Assembly: GCA_029288475.1 (NCBI GenBank)
Contig: JARIHA010000168.1
Location: forward strand, 1-54,391
Origin: Candidatus Tayloriibacteriota bacterium
GTDB lineage: Bacteria; Patescibacteriota; Minisyncoccia; Phycocordibacterales; JARIHA01
DNA length: 54,391 bases
Direction: 5' to 3'
Under the pieces are notes generated by a model. The model was not told the origin of the DNA, made no database searches, and worked only from the letters and a program-made list of their open reading frames with translations. Both the position numbers and the translations under genes were made by a program. Positions 52,136-54,391 of the stretch are shown piece after piece. The number at the start of each line of letters is the position of its first letter. Position 1 is the stretch's first letter.

Positions 52136-54376
52136 ATGAAATTACTTATTGTCGAGTCACCGGCAAAAGCGAAGACCATTTCCAAATATTTGGACGACAA
52201 ATATACCGTCAAAGCATCAGTCGGTCACATTCGCGATTTGCCAAAAAATAACAAGAAGGCCATCGATATCGAAGGCGGCTTCATCCCTCACTATGAGATC
52301 AGCAAGGGAAAGGAAAAGATCGTGAGCGAGATCCAGGCGCTTGCCGACAAAGCAGACGAGATCCTCCTTGCAACCGACCCCGACCGTGAAGGTGAAGCGA
52401 TTGCTTGGCATATTGTAGAAGCGACTGGCATAAAGAAGCCAAAGCGCGTTGTCTTTCATGAAATTACCAAAGAGGCGGTAAATGAAGCAATAAAGCACCC
52501 CCGAGATATTGATCAGAACTTGCGAAAAGCTCAGGAGGCGCGCCGCGTGCTCGACCGACTTGTGGGATACGACCTTTCCGGACTGATCTGGAAAAAAGTA
52601 CGCTACGGCTTATCTGCAGGACGAGTGCAGTCTCCTGCCCTTCGCATCATTATGGAACGCGAGCGTGAGATCCGCGCCTTCATTTCTCATACCTTTTGGG
52701 TGATTACTGCAGATACCGAAACTGACAAGAAAGAAAAGATCACTTTCACTTGCGAAACAGAGCCGACCGACAAGAAGGAAGTTGAGCGTATTTTAGAAAC
52801 AGCAAAGAAGGAATCATGGAAAGTACTCGACGTCACCGAGACAGAAGCAAAGCGTTCTCCAAAGGCACCTTTCATTACTTCTACTCTTCAGCAGACGGCA
52901 AGCTCACGCCTCGGCTTTGCCCCTTCACGTACCATGATGATTGCCCAGCGTCTCTATGAAGCCGGACTCATCAGTTATATGCGTACCGATAGTACCAACC
53001 TCAGCCAATACGCCCTTGAACAAATTTACGGTCTCGTAGAAAAGAAGTACGGAAAGGACTATCTCAGTCCTCGTTCATTTGCAAAGAAAAGCAAGAATGC
53101 ACAGGAAGCACACGAAGCTATCCGCCCTACCAATCTAACTGTAGAGAAAGCAGGAATAAATGACGAGCAGAAAAAACTCTATCGTCTAATCTGGCAGAGA
53201 ACCATTGCCTCACAGATGACTGATGCAAAAACTCTTCGTACTAAGATCACTGCACGAGTGGGAGCGACGATAAAAGGAAAGTCGGAAGATGGCAAAGAAA
53301 TAGAAACTGGCATCATCCCTGACTTCGGCGTTACTGGTTCACGAGTACTCTTCGAGGGCTGGCTCACGGCTGATCCTGAAGCTCGCGGAGAAGATGTAGA
53401 GCTTCCAAAAACCAAGCCCGAAGAAAAGCTGGCCTTTATTGATATTCATACTGAAGAAAAACAAACCCAGCCGCCTCCACGATACTCTGAAGCTGGCCTT
53501 ATCAAAGAACTCGAAAAACGCGGCATCGGCCGACCTTCTACCTACGCGTCTATTATCAAAACCATTGAAGACCGAGGTTATGTAGAGAAAGAAAACAAAG
53601 CCTTGAAGCCAACCGATACCGGCGACGTGGTAAGTAGTTTTCTTGAGAACAACTTCACCGAGTACATCAGCGACTCTTTCACTGCTGAGATGGAAGACAA
53701 GCTCGACAATATCGCCAATGGTGAAATGGAATATGAAAAGACGCTCAAGGATTTCTATGGGCCATTTAAAAAGGAAGTAAAATCAAAGGACAAAATCGAT
53801 AAGATCACCGACCTTGGTGATGCTGATCCTAAATTCATCTGCCCTGTCTGCGGCGGCCCAATGATCATTAAGCTTGGAAAAGCAGGAAAGTTCATGAGCT
53901 GTAAAAAGTTCCCAGACTGTCTTGGTGCCCGTACTATTGAAGGAGTAGAGCTCGAGGGCCCAAAAGAAACTGGAGAAAAGTGTCCTGAGTGTACCAAAGG
54001 AAAGCTCATCGAGCGCGACGGAAAATACGGACGCTTCATTGCCTGCAACAATTATCCTAAATGTAAATTCATCAAGAAAGACGCCGAGCTGGAAAGAAAA
54101 GCTTCGACCGGAGTGCAATGCCCTACCTGCAAGGAAGGATTCCTTTCTGAACGCCGCGGCCGCTTCGGTATATTCTACAGCTGTACCAATTATCCAAAAT
54201 GTAAGTTTGCCATCAAGGCAAAACCGACCGGCAGAATCTGCGAAATGTGCGGATCGCTGATGATGGAAGGAACCAAAACCATTCCTGAACGATGCAGCAA
54301 CAAGCTCTGTCTCAATCACAATCCCCACAAGATTGCGAAAGCTGGAGAAGAAGGCTCTGCAAAGTTCACAAAATAG
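52136..54376 (+). CDS. topA: DNA topoisomerase I (type IA) with four C-terminal zinc ribbons
   Basis: 746 aa with Toprim LLIVESPAKAKTISKYL..ATDPDREGE, an active-site Tyr in ISYMRTDS and four CxxC...CxxC modules at the C-terminus. Confidence 0.95.
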   Translation: MKLLIVESPAKAKTISKYLDDKYTVKASVGHIRDLPKNNKKAIDIEGGFIPHYEISKGKEKIVSEIQALADKADEILLATDPDREGEAIAWHIVEATGIKKPKRVVFHEITKEAVNEAIKHPRDIDQNLRKAQEARRVLDRLVGYDLSGLIWKKVRYGLSAGRVQSPALRIIMEREREIRAFISHTFWVITADTETDKKEKITFTCETEPTDKKEVERILETAKKESWKVLDVTETEAKRSPKAPFITSTLQQTASSRLGFAPSRTMMIAQRLYEAGLISYMRTDSTNLSQYALEQIYGLVEKKYGKDYLSPRSFAKKSKNAQEAHEAIRPTNLTVEKAGINDEQKKLYRLIWQRTIASQMTDAKTLRTKITARVGATIKGKSEDGKEIETGIIPDFGVTGSRVLFEGWLTADPEARGEDVELPKTKPEEKLAFIDIHTEEKQTQPPPRYSEAGLIKELEKRGIGRPSTYASIIKTIEDRGYVEKENKALKPTDTGDVVSSFLENNFTEYISDSFTAEMEDKLDNIANGEMEYEKTLKDFYGPFKKEVKSKDKIDKITDLGDADPKFICPVCGGPMIIKLGKAGKFMSCKKFPDCLGARTIEGVELEGPKETGEKCPECTKGKLIERDGKYGRFIACNNYPKCKFIKKDAELERKASTGVQCPTCKEGFLSERRGRFGIFYSCTNYPKCKFAIKAKPTGRICEMCGSLMMEGTKTIPERCSNKLCLNHNPHKIAKAGEEGSAKFTK

Positions 54377-54391
54377 ATAAACTCCCCATAA

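Overview
This is a 54.4-kb bacterial window in which most genes lie on the minus strand. Gene content suggests a small-genome, uncultivated lineage: a short DnaX, a membrane-anchored Hsp100 and many orphan proteins. That lineage assignment is inference only.

The left two thirds (about 1-37.5 kb) is largely accessory:
- small oxidoreductases and purB
- a visibly AT-rich block of seven unrelated small enzymes, including a SET-domain protein, a PEP-swivel protein and an LMW-PTP
- a T-box-controlled orphan gene
- a giant NHL-repeat wall protein
- a Wzm/Wzt glycan-export and glycosyltransferase cluster
- a decayed genomic island abutting tRNA-Gln

The right third is core housekeeping: tRNA-Gln, dnaX, an EmrAB-like MFS efflux operon, dus, DAHP synthase, a Clp/Hsp100 ATPase, an FtsQ-like protein, serS, dprA and topA.

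Signals the ORF track does not explain:
1. A canonical T-box antiterminator/terminator leader sits upstream of an uncharacterised 263-aa protein.
2. An orphan two-spacer CRISPR mini-array with a type I-C-like repeat is cut off inside its third repeat. No cas gene is present in the window.
3. The 3' end of tRNA-Gln recurs as direct repeats about 5 and 6 kb away. These bracket a mosaic of gene remnants (IS transposase, serine recombinase, truncated solute-binding protein) and an APH-like cassette.
4. GC-rich structured non-coding tracts occur, one of them just upstream of the efflux operon.

Several ORF-track starts are TTG or GTG. I moved those to the nearest in-frame ATG where the N-terminus then looked more natural. 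All compositional statements are by eye and were not computed.
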